Shown here: positions 1-11,407 of the stretch, in pieces
Numbering within the stretch: the first letter of the stretch is position 1
How the letters are laid out: every line of letters begins with the position of its first letter
Assembly (NCBI RefSeq): GCF_004010195.1
Contig: NC_057720.1
Coordinates: 15,661,886-15,725,885 of the forward strand
Direction: 5' to 3'
Origin: Chiloscyllium plagiosum
Taxonomy: Eukaryota
DNA: 64,000 nucleotides
Notes under the pieces: model-generated
What the model was told of the DNA's origin: nothing
Databases searched by the model: none
What the model saw: only the letters and a program-made list of their open reading frames with translations
Made by a program: the position numbers and the translations under genes

Positions 1-86
1 GTGCTGGCAGGTGGGACTAGATTGGGTTGGGATATCTGGTCGGCATGGATGGGTTAGACCGAAGGGTCTGTTTCCATGACTCTATG
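1..86 (+). mobile_element. CR1/HER1-type LINE 3' tail (cut by window start)
   Basis: Near-identical to the 3' end of the CR1 copy at 28235-28342; ends in a gactctatg tail repeat. Confidence 0.85.
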
Positions 87-89
87 ACT

Positions 90-288
90 GACCCTCCCAC
101 CCATACCCACCTCTTACTCTATAACCCTGCATTTCCCACAGCTAACCCACACATCTTTGGACTGTGGGAGGAAGTCCACACATACATGGGGAGAACATCC
201 TACCTCCATACAGGCAGTTACCAGAAACTGGTATTGTACCCAGTGTGGTGAGGCAGCAGTGCTAACCACTCAGCCACTGTGCCACCCC
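90..288 (-). mobile_element. HE1-like tRNA-derived V-SINE, degenerate
   Basis: Reverse complement begins gggtggcacagtggctgagtggttagcactgctgcctc (tRNA A-box head) and contains ctcccacagtccaaagatgtg of the V-domain. Confidence 0.75.
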
Positions 289-706
289 TGGTTGATTATG
301 ACATTTCTTGAATTTAAAGTGACTACTTTTCAAAAGTAATTTGATTCTATAAAGTATTCTTGAATTCATGAATGATGCTGTCCTTCCTTTCTTTATTTAC
401 AGCTCCATTGCTGAGCACAGCTTCAAGTGTAAATGCAGACTTCAAATTGTAATTGTTTCAGACTGCCTGCCAATTTTGTGTGCAATTGAATTTCTCAGCT
501 ATTGTGTTGGAATTGCTCAGGGATGGGTTCAGTAAATGTCTCTTCACTTTACAAACTCAAAGCCATACTCAAGGCACCAAGCTGAACATTTCTATCTTAA
601 TTGAGCAGTTGGATTCCCGAACGGCTTATGAGCATGATTCCATGTAACTACTGGACTGGTTTATAACCTCGAGTCTCCCAGCTTGCATCCCACCATGCCT
701 TTTAGA

Positions 707-995
707 GATGGCACAGTGGCTAGCACTGCTGCCTCACAGTGCCAGGGACACAGGTTCGATTCCTGCCCTCTGTGTGGAGTTTGCATGTTCTCCCTGTGTC
801 TGCATGGGTTTCCTCCCACAATCCAATGATGTGCCGGTCAGGTGAATTGGCCATGCTAAATTGGCCATGCTAAAGTGTTAGATGCATTAGTCAGGGGTAA
901 ATGTAGGGGAATGGGTCTGGGTGGGTTATTCTTCGAAGGGTTAGTGTGGACTTGTTGGGCCAAATGGCCTGTTTCCACACTGTAGGGATTCTAAC
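707..995 (+). mobile_element. HE1-like V-SINE
   Basis: B-box ggttcgattcc, V-domain tgtgtggagtttgcatgttctccc, CR1-like tail ggcctgtttccacactgtagggattcta. Confidence 0.85.
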
Positions 996-1029
996 CTAAA
1001 AAAAAATTGCTTTTTGTTAAAAAAGAGAA

Positions 1030-1205
1030 AGTGATGGTGAAGCTGTCAGGACACCCCATCTGGTTCCTTCATGTCCTCCCATGGATTCAGTGGAGATCTT
1101 TCGGGAAGGATGGCTAATGCTCTTACCCAGTCTCATCCATACAGGACTCCAGTCCTATACTAATATTGTGGATATCTCAACTGCTCACTGAGTGGCTTAG
1201 CGAGT
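1030..1205 (+). mobile_element. Fragment of second tRNA-derived SINE family (type copy 16131-16455)
   Basis: cccatctggttc...cttacccagtct...gactccag...tcaactgc is colinear with 16290-16400. Confidence 0.55.
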
Positions 1206-1279
1206 CTTTTTGTTTTTTGAATCGAAATGTTCAAACTTTTTCAAGAACATGGGATTGACAATGAGAGCAGTGGTGACAT

Positions 1280-1797
1280 CTGCTATCAGAAGGATGTTGT
1301 GAAACTTGAAAGAGTTCAGAAAAGATTTACAAGGATGTTGCCAGGGTTGGAGGGTTCGAGCTTTAGGGAGAGGCTGAATAGGCTAGGGTTGTTTTTCCTG
1401 GAGTGTCGGGGGCTGAGGGGTGACCTTATAGAGGTTTACAAAATCATGAGGGGAAAAGAAAAGGTAAATAGACAATGTCTTTTACTGGGGTGGGGGAGTC
1501 TAGAACTAGAGGTCATAGGTTTAGGATGAGAGGGGAAAGATATAAATCAGACCTAAGGGGAAACCTTTTCACGCAGAAGGTGGTACATGTACGGAATGAA
1601 CTGCCAGAGGAAGTGATGAAGGCTAGTACAATTGCAACATTTAAAATGCACCTGGATGAGTATATGAATAGGAAGGGTTCAGAGGGATATGGGCCAAGTG
1701 CTGGCAAATGAGACGAGATTAGGTTAGGATATCTGGTCAGCATGGACAAGTTGGGCTGAAGGATCTGTTTCTGTGCTGTACAGCTCTATGACTCTAT
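1280..1797 (+). mobile_element. CR1/HER1 LINE, 5'-truncated (ORF2 C-terminus + 3'UTR)
   Basis: ORF KDVVKLERVQKRFTRMLPGLE...LRGDLIEVYKIM...RTRGHRF, typical of CR1 ORF2; tail ctctatgactctatg. Confidence 0.92.
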
Positions 1798-2789
1798 GTC
1801 CTAGAAATGAACAAGATGAACATTCACTGTTCATGGATAGACAATGTCTCATCAAACTATCGACAATCCTGTATTACTCTGATTCCTCTTCAGGGTCTTT
1901 TGTCATTTATTAGTGTTCCCTTATATATAATAAAAATCTTAATTTTATTTTCTTTGTCTATTTTCTCTACTTTCCTTCAGGTCATTAACTCCTATCGAAT
2001 TGGTCAACTGTGGATTGAATGATGTCTGCAGTGGTTTGCCATTGCCTTCTGTAAGATCTGGAGACTCTCCCACACTAACCGGGTGCTATCACGAGTATTG
2101 GAAGGATTTACAGGCTGGTGATCAATCCATTTAGCCAAGTAACAAACTCTCCATGACCAACAAGTCTTGGTTTGGGACTCAAGTCCAGAGATACCTCTAC
2201 GTCCAAGATCTCCTCCTGTTTAATTATAGTGTCTCAAACTGCATTGACAGCTTTGCAGTAATAATGACATCTTTGCAATAATAATAGGAGTGCAGTGTAC
2301 TGCTTTAAAGGACAGGGTTGAGGGATAGGGATCAGTTTTCAGTTAAACAGCTCCTCCCAAATTTGACTTCCTTGAAATTTCATTCATGCCATACTGGCCT
2401 GCTGTAGTCAACACTTTGAAGCAGATGTGGCCAGGTAATGAAATCAATTCCTCTGTTTGGAATGTCTTTTGAAGTAATTTGATGTGCAGCATTTGGTCAT
2501 TTAACTGAATTGCTGTCACGCTATTGATCTGATAAGTCAGCATTTTTAATACCTCAAATTAAATGTTTCCACATTAACCTCCTCCATTGTCTGTCATTTG
2601 CCAAAATTGCAGTTTTTCTCATTTCAGGAAACATTAGCAAATTAACAGCGTCCAGTAGAGCACAGCAGTGCTGAAGGTAATCCCCGTTAATGTCAGGGAA
2701 ATGCAAAATCTCAAAAACTAACCAAACGAGCAGAAGAACATCAAGCAGCTGAATAAAATTACCGTCTACAGCAAGTCACATAGGGAGAC

Positions 2790-3325
2790 CCTTGGAAGGG
2801 TATGGTTGCACTGAAAGGGTTGCAAAGGAGAGTCACCTGATTCACATCCAGAGGAGATCCCTGGATATTGTCTGGGCTGGAGCATTTCAGTGATGAAGAG
2901 AGGATGGATAAGCTTGAGTTGGTTTCATTGAAGCAGAGAATGTTGAGGGGTGCCTGATAGTGGTGTATAAAATAATGAGGAGCAGACACAGGTTGGATAG
3001 AAAGTAACTGTTCCCCTAAGCTGAAGGGTCAATAACAAGGGGACATAATTTTAAAGTGAAAGGCAGGAGGTTTAGCGGGGATTTGAGAAAAAAAAACTTT
3101 TCTACCTAGAAAGTGGTGAGGGTCTGGAATGCCCTGTTTGGGAGGGAAACCTCACAACCTTTAAAAAGTATTTGGATAAACAGTTGAAATAACGTTCAAG
3201 GCTATGGACCTAGTGGGGGAAAGTGGGACTAGTGTGAGTAGTAGTAGTAGATATTTGACTGTACAGACTTGATGGGCCAAAGGGCCACTTTTATATTGTA
3301 CAATTCCATGATGCTATGATTCTGA
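2790..3325 (+). mobile_element. Old CR1 LINE 3' fragment
   Basis: Degenerate LERVQRR / LRGDL / TRGH-coding segments and a gatgctatgattct tail. Confidence 0.7.
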
Positions 3326-4249
3326 CATAGACTGCTCAGTGAACTAGGAAGATGATAACATGTGGAGTTTGATGTGGTGATGTGTAAATTTGTTCACCAC
3401 AGTTCTGAAAGAACTAAATTGGGGGTATGTCCTGAATAAGAACATGATCAGAAAATAAGAAGTAAGAGAAGGAGTAGGACTCTCAAGCTTACTCCACAGT
3501 TCAGTGAGGTAATGGCTCACTTGTTTTCCCTCAATTTTCCCATATTATTCACTGGTGCCCTGAGCCCTATTGTCACGGTGCCCAACAATTTAGGAAGATG
3601 TTTTAATGAGTAAGTGCCTGAGCAGAGAATTTCAATGATTGACGATCCTTTGAAGAAATTTCCTGTCAACTCAGTCCTCAACTACAATCCCCTTATCCCA
3701 AGACAAAGATCTCTGTTTCTCGGTTTGCATGAACAGAGAAGCATCCTTCTAGCATCAATCTCATCAAGCTCACTGAGAATTCCATAATTTTCAATAAAAC
3801 CTTCTCTCACTTTTCTGTTAGTAGCTAGAGATTAGACACTATGGAGGACGAAATGTATTGGGAGCGCCCTACAGGACATTATTAAAAAATAACGCACTGG
3901 TATAAACAGAAGATTTTAAAAACCTTGGTGCTTTTCATCTTAGGTGGGGCTTGTAATTCAATAGTGAGGGAGTGATGCTTCACTTGCACCCAGACTGATT
4001 TTTTTACCATTTAATCCAGTTTTTAACACTAAACCTGAAGGAAGATAGAAACACAAATTGTTGCGGATGTTGAAACTTGAAAATAATACTAAAAAGTAAT
4101 TGAAAATAATCAGAGAGTCAATATGTAGTTGTGGAGACAGAGACAAAATGTTTCAGTTACATGACCATTCATTGACCTTTGAAGAGGTACAGCGCAGATT
4201 CACCAGAATAGTTTTCTACTCTTTGGCAGGATGAATAGAGGAGCTGACT

Positions 4250-5055
4250 ATTATTTAAGTGGAGAAAGACTGCAGAAAGCTATGGAACAGAGAGTTTTGG
4301 AAGTACTTGTCTGTGAATCACAAAATATTAGCATCCAGGTTCTGCAGTAATCGGGAAGGCAAATGGAATGTTGGCCTTTATTTCAAAGGCAATGTGGTAC
4401 TGGAAAAGCACAGCAGGTCAAGCAGCATCTGCAGTCCTCACTTTCTCCTTTTGTATTCACTGTGTACAAAAGTAGGGAGACTTTGCTAAAACTATACAGA
4501 CAGTAGTCAGACAGTACTTGACCAGTTTTGGGTCTCTTATCTGCAAAAAGCTATGTTAGCATTGAAGGCAGTTGAGAGAAGGTTCACTGGTTGGTGCTAG
4601 GTACGGAGACTGTCTTATGAGGAGAGGTTGAGTAGATTAAGCCTGTACCCTTTGGAATATAAAAAATAAGAGGTGGCCTTATTGAAATATATAAGATTCT
4701 TGACAGGGTAGATGTGGAAACGTTGCTTCCCCTTGCGGGAGAGTCTAGGACCAGAGGGTATAATCGCAGAAAAATGAGTCACTCATTTAAGACAGAAAGT
4801 GAGGAGGAATTTTTTTTCTCTTAGAAGGTAGGGAATTTGTGGAATTCTTTCCCACAGAAAGATGTCAGTGCTGAATTGTTAAGTATATTCAAGGCTGAGA
4901 TAGACAGATTTTTGATCAGTAAAGATAACAAGGATGATAGGGAAAAGACAGGAAAGTGGAGTTGAGAATGATTAGATCAGCTGTGGTTTCATTAAATGGT
5001 GGAGCATACTCAATGGGCTGAATGGCCTATTTCTGCTCTTGTGTTTTATAGTCAT
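4250..5055 (+). mobile_element. CR1 LINE 3' fragment (second subfamily) with a small PLE terminal-repeat insert at ~4395-4450
   Basis: CR1 ORF2 remnants (ggcaaatggaatgttggcc, gagtctaggaccagaggg) and tail gggctgaatggcctatttctgctc; insert gtggtactggaaaagcacagcagg...gcatctgcagtcctcactttctcc matches PLE termini. Confidence 0.75.
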
Positions 5056-5084
5056 TCATAAGATGTAGGTTTTGCTGCTTAAAC

Positions 5085-5495
5085 ACCATATCACCATCCT
5101 ATTATTGTTGCTGGATCTTGAAATTCCCTTCTTAACAGCACTGTCAGAGCATCCACATCACCTGGGCTACAAAACTTTAAGAAGGCGGCTCACCTTCACC
5201 TGATGAAGGGAGTCAGGGATCAGTTAGCTCAGTTGGCTGGACAACTGGTTTGAGATGCAGAATGACCATCCCCAATTCCTGCCCTGGCCGAGATAACCAT
5301 GAAACCCTGCTTTCTCAAACATGCCCCTCACATTAGGAGTGGTGACTTTCAGGTTAAACTCACCACCACCAGTTGACTCTCTCTCAAATAACAGAGTAGT
5401 CCTCTGGGACTACAGCAACTTTACCTTTAACTGAAGTGATTTAGGGATGGAATTTAAATGCTAGCCAGTTGCTTGCAGCTGGTAAAAAAATAAAA
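5085..5495 (+). mobile_element. 3' end of a CR1/L2-group LINE, split by the SINE at 5220-5430
   Basis: Colinear with 46530-46600 and 46915-47050 (aagaaggcggctcacc...tagggatgg...aaatgct). Confidence 0.55.
5220..5430 (+). mobile_element. tRNA-derived SINE (third family)
   Basis: A-box tagctcagttgg, degraded B-box caattcc; ends gcaactttaccttta; interrupts a LINE tail. Confidence 0.55.
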
Positions 5496-5621
5496 ATGAT
5501 AAAGTTTTGTGTAAAATATTTCAGTATTCTTTGAAATGTATGGATGGAAAAGAATATAGGAAGACCGAACTTACAGTCAATGTAAAGTTAGCAGTAGGTT
5601 TGACTATAAGAGTTTGGGTCC

Positions 5622-5765
5622 AGTATGACTCTTCTTCAGAACTTCAGAAGGGCTCGAAATGTTACCTCTGTTTCTCTCTGCACAGATGCTGCCAGACCTG
5701 AAGAGTTTTTCCAGTTTTCTCTGTGTTTGTCTCAGATCTGCAGCGTCCTTAGAATTTTACTTTCA
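5622..5765 (+). mobile_element. PLE terminal-repeat (pLTR) remnant
   Basis: cgaaatgtta...cacagatgctgccagacctg matches 49268-49320. Confidence 0.65.
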
Positions 5766-6444
5766 TTTGGCTGTAAGATTCGTGGTCTTGACCTCAATGA
5801 CATCAGCTGAATGTCTGCTCCGGAGCCACTGTTTAATCGAAATGAGTGTCTGTGGCACTGATAGTTTCAGTCAAAGTAAAAGCAATTTATAAAAGTTGGA
5901 CAGTAAATTGTTTCTTTTTAAAGGAAACGAATACAGTTCAGAGGGAAATATTCAGGGAAGAAATTGTGTGGTCACTTTACCATTGCAGAAGTTTTCTTCT
6001 GGTTGAGTGACTTAACTAAAAAGGAAAGCAATTACCATGAAAATGATAAAACCCTGGGGAATGAACTAATGATTAGTCATTGCCTACTCGCCTATGGAGA
6101 ATCTAATCAATGAGTTGGTCTAGGTTGATAATTACTCCCTTTATTTCCAGTGTATGAATGAATCGATGGAGACAAATATGTGAATCAGAGAAAGCTGCAG
6201 GCTTGCTATTTCATGTGGGCTGAAGCTACATTTAAGTTTTTTTGCTATAAAAAATATGGTGCTATTGTCATGAAAGTAGCTTTTATTAAATTGCAGCACA
6301 TTTATATGCATAGTTAAATAATATTCTGCATTGTGTGAAACCATACAACACAGCTCTGACATTTTTTCTTTTTCCCAGATAAATGCTACAGTATAGCCCA
6401 TCTATTCCATTGCCCTCTTGTTGCTTTGTCCAAGGTGCCCATCA

Positions 6445-6800
6445 GTCATATAGGGTCATAGAGATATACAGCATGGAAGCAGACCTTTCGGTCCAACTCA
6501 TCCATGCTGACCAGAAATCCTAAATTAGTCTAGACCCATTTGCCAGTACTTGGCCTATATCCCTCTAAATCCTTCCGATTCATATACCCATCCAAATACC
6601 TTTTAACCAATGTAATTGTACCAGCCTTCATCATTTTCTCTGGCAGTTCATTCTATACACGCACCACCCTCTGCATGAAAAGGTTGCCCCTTAGGTCCCT
6701 TTCAAATCTTACCTCTCTCGCCTTAAACCTATGCCTTTTAGTTTTGGACTCCCCTATCCTAGGAAAATAATATTCACTTTACCCATGCCACTCATGATTT
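6445..6800 (-). mobile_element. CR1/HER1 LINE 3' fragment
   Basis: Reverse complement of the 1440-1797 type sequence. Confidence 0.88.
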
Positions 6801-8569
6801 TGTGATCTTTGTGGTTTTCATTAGCAAATTATCCGCTCATCAAGGGCACCATAGCTGAATCCTAGCCTTCTCTCATCTGTATGGGCACATTCCCAAGATT
6901 GCTACAATCAGATAACGATCAGGAGTAGTCAGGAGAGCCATAGATTATTCCATTAGCCTAGGGACGCGGCAGTCAAATTGCAACACCCACATCACCAGCC
7001 TGGATGAGAACGAGACCAAGATTGAAGGTTGAAGTTTGGATTTACAAGGTTTGCATGGTCTATTTATTCATTGGATAATGGCATTGGAGGATCCCTAGCA
7101 GCACAAAGGGTGAACTGTGAAATCCTGATTTCTGTTGATAAGAGAAAAGCTGGTGCTGCCATGAATTAGCCAAAAAAAACTCACCAAATAATATCAGACA
7201 TGGAATTATTCCACATTTTGTATGAAAAGCTATTGTGTATGAAAAGGTATTGTGTTAGATTTCACAATGACAATAGCAAGCCATGAAACACAATGCATTT
7301 CATATCTCCCATTCTAACTACATTATAATTGAAATTCAAGAGCTGTGCACCAGTTCAAAATAATATGTATTACTTGGCAATGCAAAGGATATTTAAATTC
7401 AATCTACATTGTGTGGATCGTTAAACTCCATCATCACAATAGCTTTCAAATTCATAATCCTTTCTGGAGACGGCTTATCAAATGATTCATGTCTTAGTTT
7501 ATTTTTACTGAACATATACAGCTTTAATGTGTAGATGCAAGCATTTACAAATGGTTACTGATCAAACCTGGCACCACCTCTTCAATCTGTGCACATTATC
7601 TGCTCTTTATTCAGCATATTAATCACCATTTCCTTCTCCCTGGTTTCAAGTTGAATTAAAGTTTCATGGAATGTCTACAAGCACCACTGATAATTTAGCT
7701 GTTCTCTATTATGACTTGCAGCTAGACCGATATTGCTTGGCTGGTGCTTACATATTTTGCATCCAATCCTCCGAAGCAATATTCATTGCCTTAAATTTTT
7801 ATGACCAAACCTCTTGTCTTCCACAACATGATGTACACTGCCTGGAAGTATAAAACCCACTATGTGCACTTTAGCATTCATCATTATTAATATATTCATT
7901 TCATGATCCTTCTGTTTAGTGGAACACTTTGTTTCTATGACTTAACATTACACACTTGTTCTTTCAGTGTTGCTTCTTGTTTCTAATTATTATTAAAGAA
8001 AACACTCTAAACCATCACATTTTATTTCATTTTCTCTTCATTAACTGTTTCCCCTTCCCATCTTCTTGTTTGAATTGTCTTGCTGGGATTTGAATCCATG
8101 AATGATGGATAGGAGGATCTGCTACTGATGTGTTCTGTTGAGCACTGAACAATTGTCATGTAGTAGAAAGTAATCCAGAGGGTGTAAAAATCCCATCACG
8201 ACAACTTATAAGCTAGTTCTATTGAGTGAAGTAACTCAACAAGTGTTAGAGATTTGTGGGCTAGCGTGTGCAAATAAACCCAGAAAGCTATTCAATTTTC
8301 ACAAGAACCTAACTGGCATATTGATGTTCCTCAGGGAAGAGAATTTACCGTTTCCACCTCATCTTTGGCTCCAATTGCACACTTGTGGCTAATGCCAGCT
8401 GCCAGTGTTTGCCTGCTGCCCAAGTGCAAAATATTACATGTTGGTAGATTACTGATCTGTTGAGGTTGTCATAAACTGAGGAGCAGTACTCTATAGAGAG
8501 CAGGAATGAAAATTTGGACCTGGCACCTTTCTATTTTGTATGGTTCAGAATTCAGAAGCAATTTTTAAA

Positions 8570-8915
8570 ATATATTAATTCATGAGATATGGGCATCACT
8601 GGCCAGGTCAGCATTTAACACCCATCCTTAATTGCTCAAAGAGAAGTTAAATGCCATTCACATTGCTGTGGGTCTGGGGTCACATATAGGTCACTGTGAG
8701 AATGACAGTTTCCTTCTCCAGAGGACACTAGATGGGTTTCTCCTGACAATTGACAATGGTTTCATGATCATTGTTAGACTCTTAAGTCCAGATACTTATT
8801 GAATTCAAATTCCACCATCTGCCATGGAATGGAATCAAACCTCAGTTAGCCAGAACATGATGAGAGCATCTGATTAATAGTCTAGTGACATACCATTTGG
8901 CCATCACTTTCCCTA
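8570..8915 (-). mobile_element. tRNA-derived SINE, second family
   Basis: Reverse complement is colinear with 16131-16455. Confidence 0.7.
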
Positions 8916-9649
8916 AGCTTTCAGAAGAGCCGAATGCATGGATTATCTAATAAAGTAGAAATTGGACACTCTGTATTTGGGAATAGTCATGAAAACAAAC
9001 AACCACTTTGTGCAAGTCTTCATTTTTCAAATGTTTTTGTGTGACCTACTTGAAAATTGGTCAAACAGTGGTTGCAACTGTGTGGGAAAGAGATTGGATG
9101 CTCTTTCAGTTTGAGTGTGTTTGATGGTTCATACTCAACTGGACAGAAGACTCAATTTAGAATGCACAGCCTAATGAACTGAAAAAAAAGCTTTTTCCTG
9201 CATTAAATGCAATTGTCAATAGTCTTAAAAAGTGTAATGATTTCTTATTAGTGTAGGAATGAACCGTGAAACTACCTTTAGAGATATTGACATTTCCACA
9301 GATATAAACACAGGAATTCCTTCCCCTTCATATACAAAGTGACAGCTCTTTGTTTTAAACTGAATCTTTCTTTAGCTATTGTGCATAAACCAATATACCT
9401 AAGAAAATGTATGCTATCTGTTCTGCACGTTTATCATTTGCTTTCGGTTCAGTATATTTCTTTATTTTTGAACCATAGATGTAAACAGTTTGAAAATGTT
9501 GCTGGAAAACAAGTGATGTTTCACATGATGGGCAGAGTTCCCAAATTCAGTCAGTTTTTGTCATAAGTAAGATTTATTAGCAATGAATTCATCAGATGTA
9601 AATCTAAGCCAACTTTTCTAAAGTCACAAGAATTGCTTTTGACATAGCA

Positions 9650-9898
9650 TAAAATCAAAAAATGCTGGGATTACTCAGCAGGTCTGGTAGCTCCTGTGGA
9701 ATGAGAAATAGATAATGTTTCCAGTGGCTGACCTTTCATCAAAATTAGCAAAACTTAGAAACAAACAAAAACAGAAATTGTTGGATAAAGGTCTGGCAGA
9801 ATCTGAGGAAGGAAAACAAAGTTAACGCCTCGAGTCCAGTGATCCTACTTCAGAACCACTTCAAATCTCCAGCATTCATAGTTGTTTGTTTTATTTTA
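9650..9898 (-). mobile_element. Two PLE pLTR remnants with decayed hammerhead motifs
   Basis: tgctgggattactcagcaggtctgg...; aaaacagaaattg...ggtctggcagaatctg...gttaacgcctcgagtccagtgatcctacttcagaac. Confidence 0.65.
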
Positions 9899-9902
9899 GC
9901 AA

Positions 9903-10155
9903 GTTTTCATGACTATTCCTAAATACAGAGTTTCCAATTTCTACATTATTTGATAATCCATACAAATTATCTTCTGGAAGATTAGGGGAGTGATGTCACT
10001 AGACGACTAATCCAGATACTGGTTGTGTTCTGGTCAACTGAGGTTTGATTCCATTCCATGGCAGATGGTGGAATTTGAATTCAATAATTATCTGGAATTA
10101 ATAGTTTAACAATGACCATTAAACTATTGTTGATTGTCAGGAAAAACCCATCTAG
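9903..10155 (+). repeat. Inverted local duplicate of 8728-8996 (SINE 5' half plus unique flank)
   Basis: gttttcatgactattcctaaatacagagtttccaatttctac is the near reverse complement of gtagaaattggacactctgtatttgggaatagtcatgaaaac; alignment continues to cccatctag. Confidence 0.85.
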
Positions 10156-10679
10156 AGTTGTAATAGATACAAATTAGTTTTTATAACAGATGTTGTTTGT
10201 AATATTTCAACTTTTGAGATAGAAAGTGTTTCATACGATCACATTTTGTAAGATAAATAATGTTAATAATGTAACATAAGAAATATCTGACCATTGAATT
10301 TGCTGTGCTGCTTGGAGAGAGAGAACTGGGCAGTTAGGTGAAATGAGGGAGGCTGGTAAAGCTGAGAAATAAATGTTTTTTCTTGAACTAACTTTATCAT
10401 CCTCCTGCATCTAGGCAAAGAAGCTATTGGTGAGCATCTGATAAGTTATTTTGCTCATTATAGATAGCTTATAAACTTAAACCATGGTAAGACAGCTCAG
10501 CTCTAGCATCTAATAATTCATGGATGCACCGTGTTTCAGAGACAAACAAATTTGTACGAACTGTCACCAGACTTGGTCATGATGGCTGGTTTCCTTTCCT
10601 GAAGGGAATTGGTGAACCAGCTATCTTTTTATATAGCAATGGCTACATGGTTACCATCCAGTGAACTTGTATTTCCAGA

Positions 10680-10945
10680 ATTTAAAAGGCACCTAAGGGG
10701 CAACTTTGTCACGCAGAGAGTGGTGCGTGTATGGAATGAGCTGCCAGAGGAAGTGGTGGAGGCTGGTACAATTACAGCATTTAAAAGGTATCTGGATGGT
10801 TATATGAATAGGAAGGGTTTAGAGGGACATGAAACAATTGCTGGCAAATGGAACTGAATTAGGTTAGGATATTTGGTTGGCATGGACAAGTGGGACCGAA
10901 ACGTCTGTTTCCGTGTTGTACAACTCTATGACTCTGTGAGTCTAT
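10680..10945 (+). mobile_element. CR1/HER1 3' fragment inserted in a minus-strand second-family SINE (10560-11005)
   Basis: LRGNFVTQRVVRVWNELPEEVVEAG; tail ctctatgactctgtgagtctatg. Confidence 0.88.
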
Positions 10946-11407
10946 GGCATTAGTGTGTGGCTCTAGACTTCCATTCCAGTGACATTACCACTGCCCAACC
11001 ACTTCCCCTTCTAGTACAGTACTTCATACATTCACATAAATCATTGGGTTAATGATATTTTAGCATCGAACCTGTGTTACGTAAATAGATGTTGTGTTAA
11101 AATAGCACAGGCAGTAAAATGTATGAAACATAAATTGTTAAAATAAATTAAAAAAAATTAAATCAGTTATGTTAGATCTTGCTGTATTGAAGGTTGTTTT
11201 GGCTAGAGCCTCCTTGGTGCAAGGTAGTTTTGTAAATTAAGGATTCGTGGACTTTTTAAAATTACATTTTGACGGAGATATTTGAGGGGGAGCGTGTGTA
11301 GGGGATGGTCAGGGAAAGTGTTGGACATATCATATCAAGAACACCCTGCTTTAGAAAAAGGGATAGCATCTGTAAGAGTCCCATGTTGATTGTAAATCTG
11401 AATCCAA

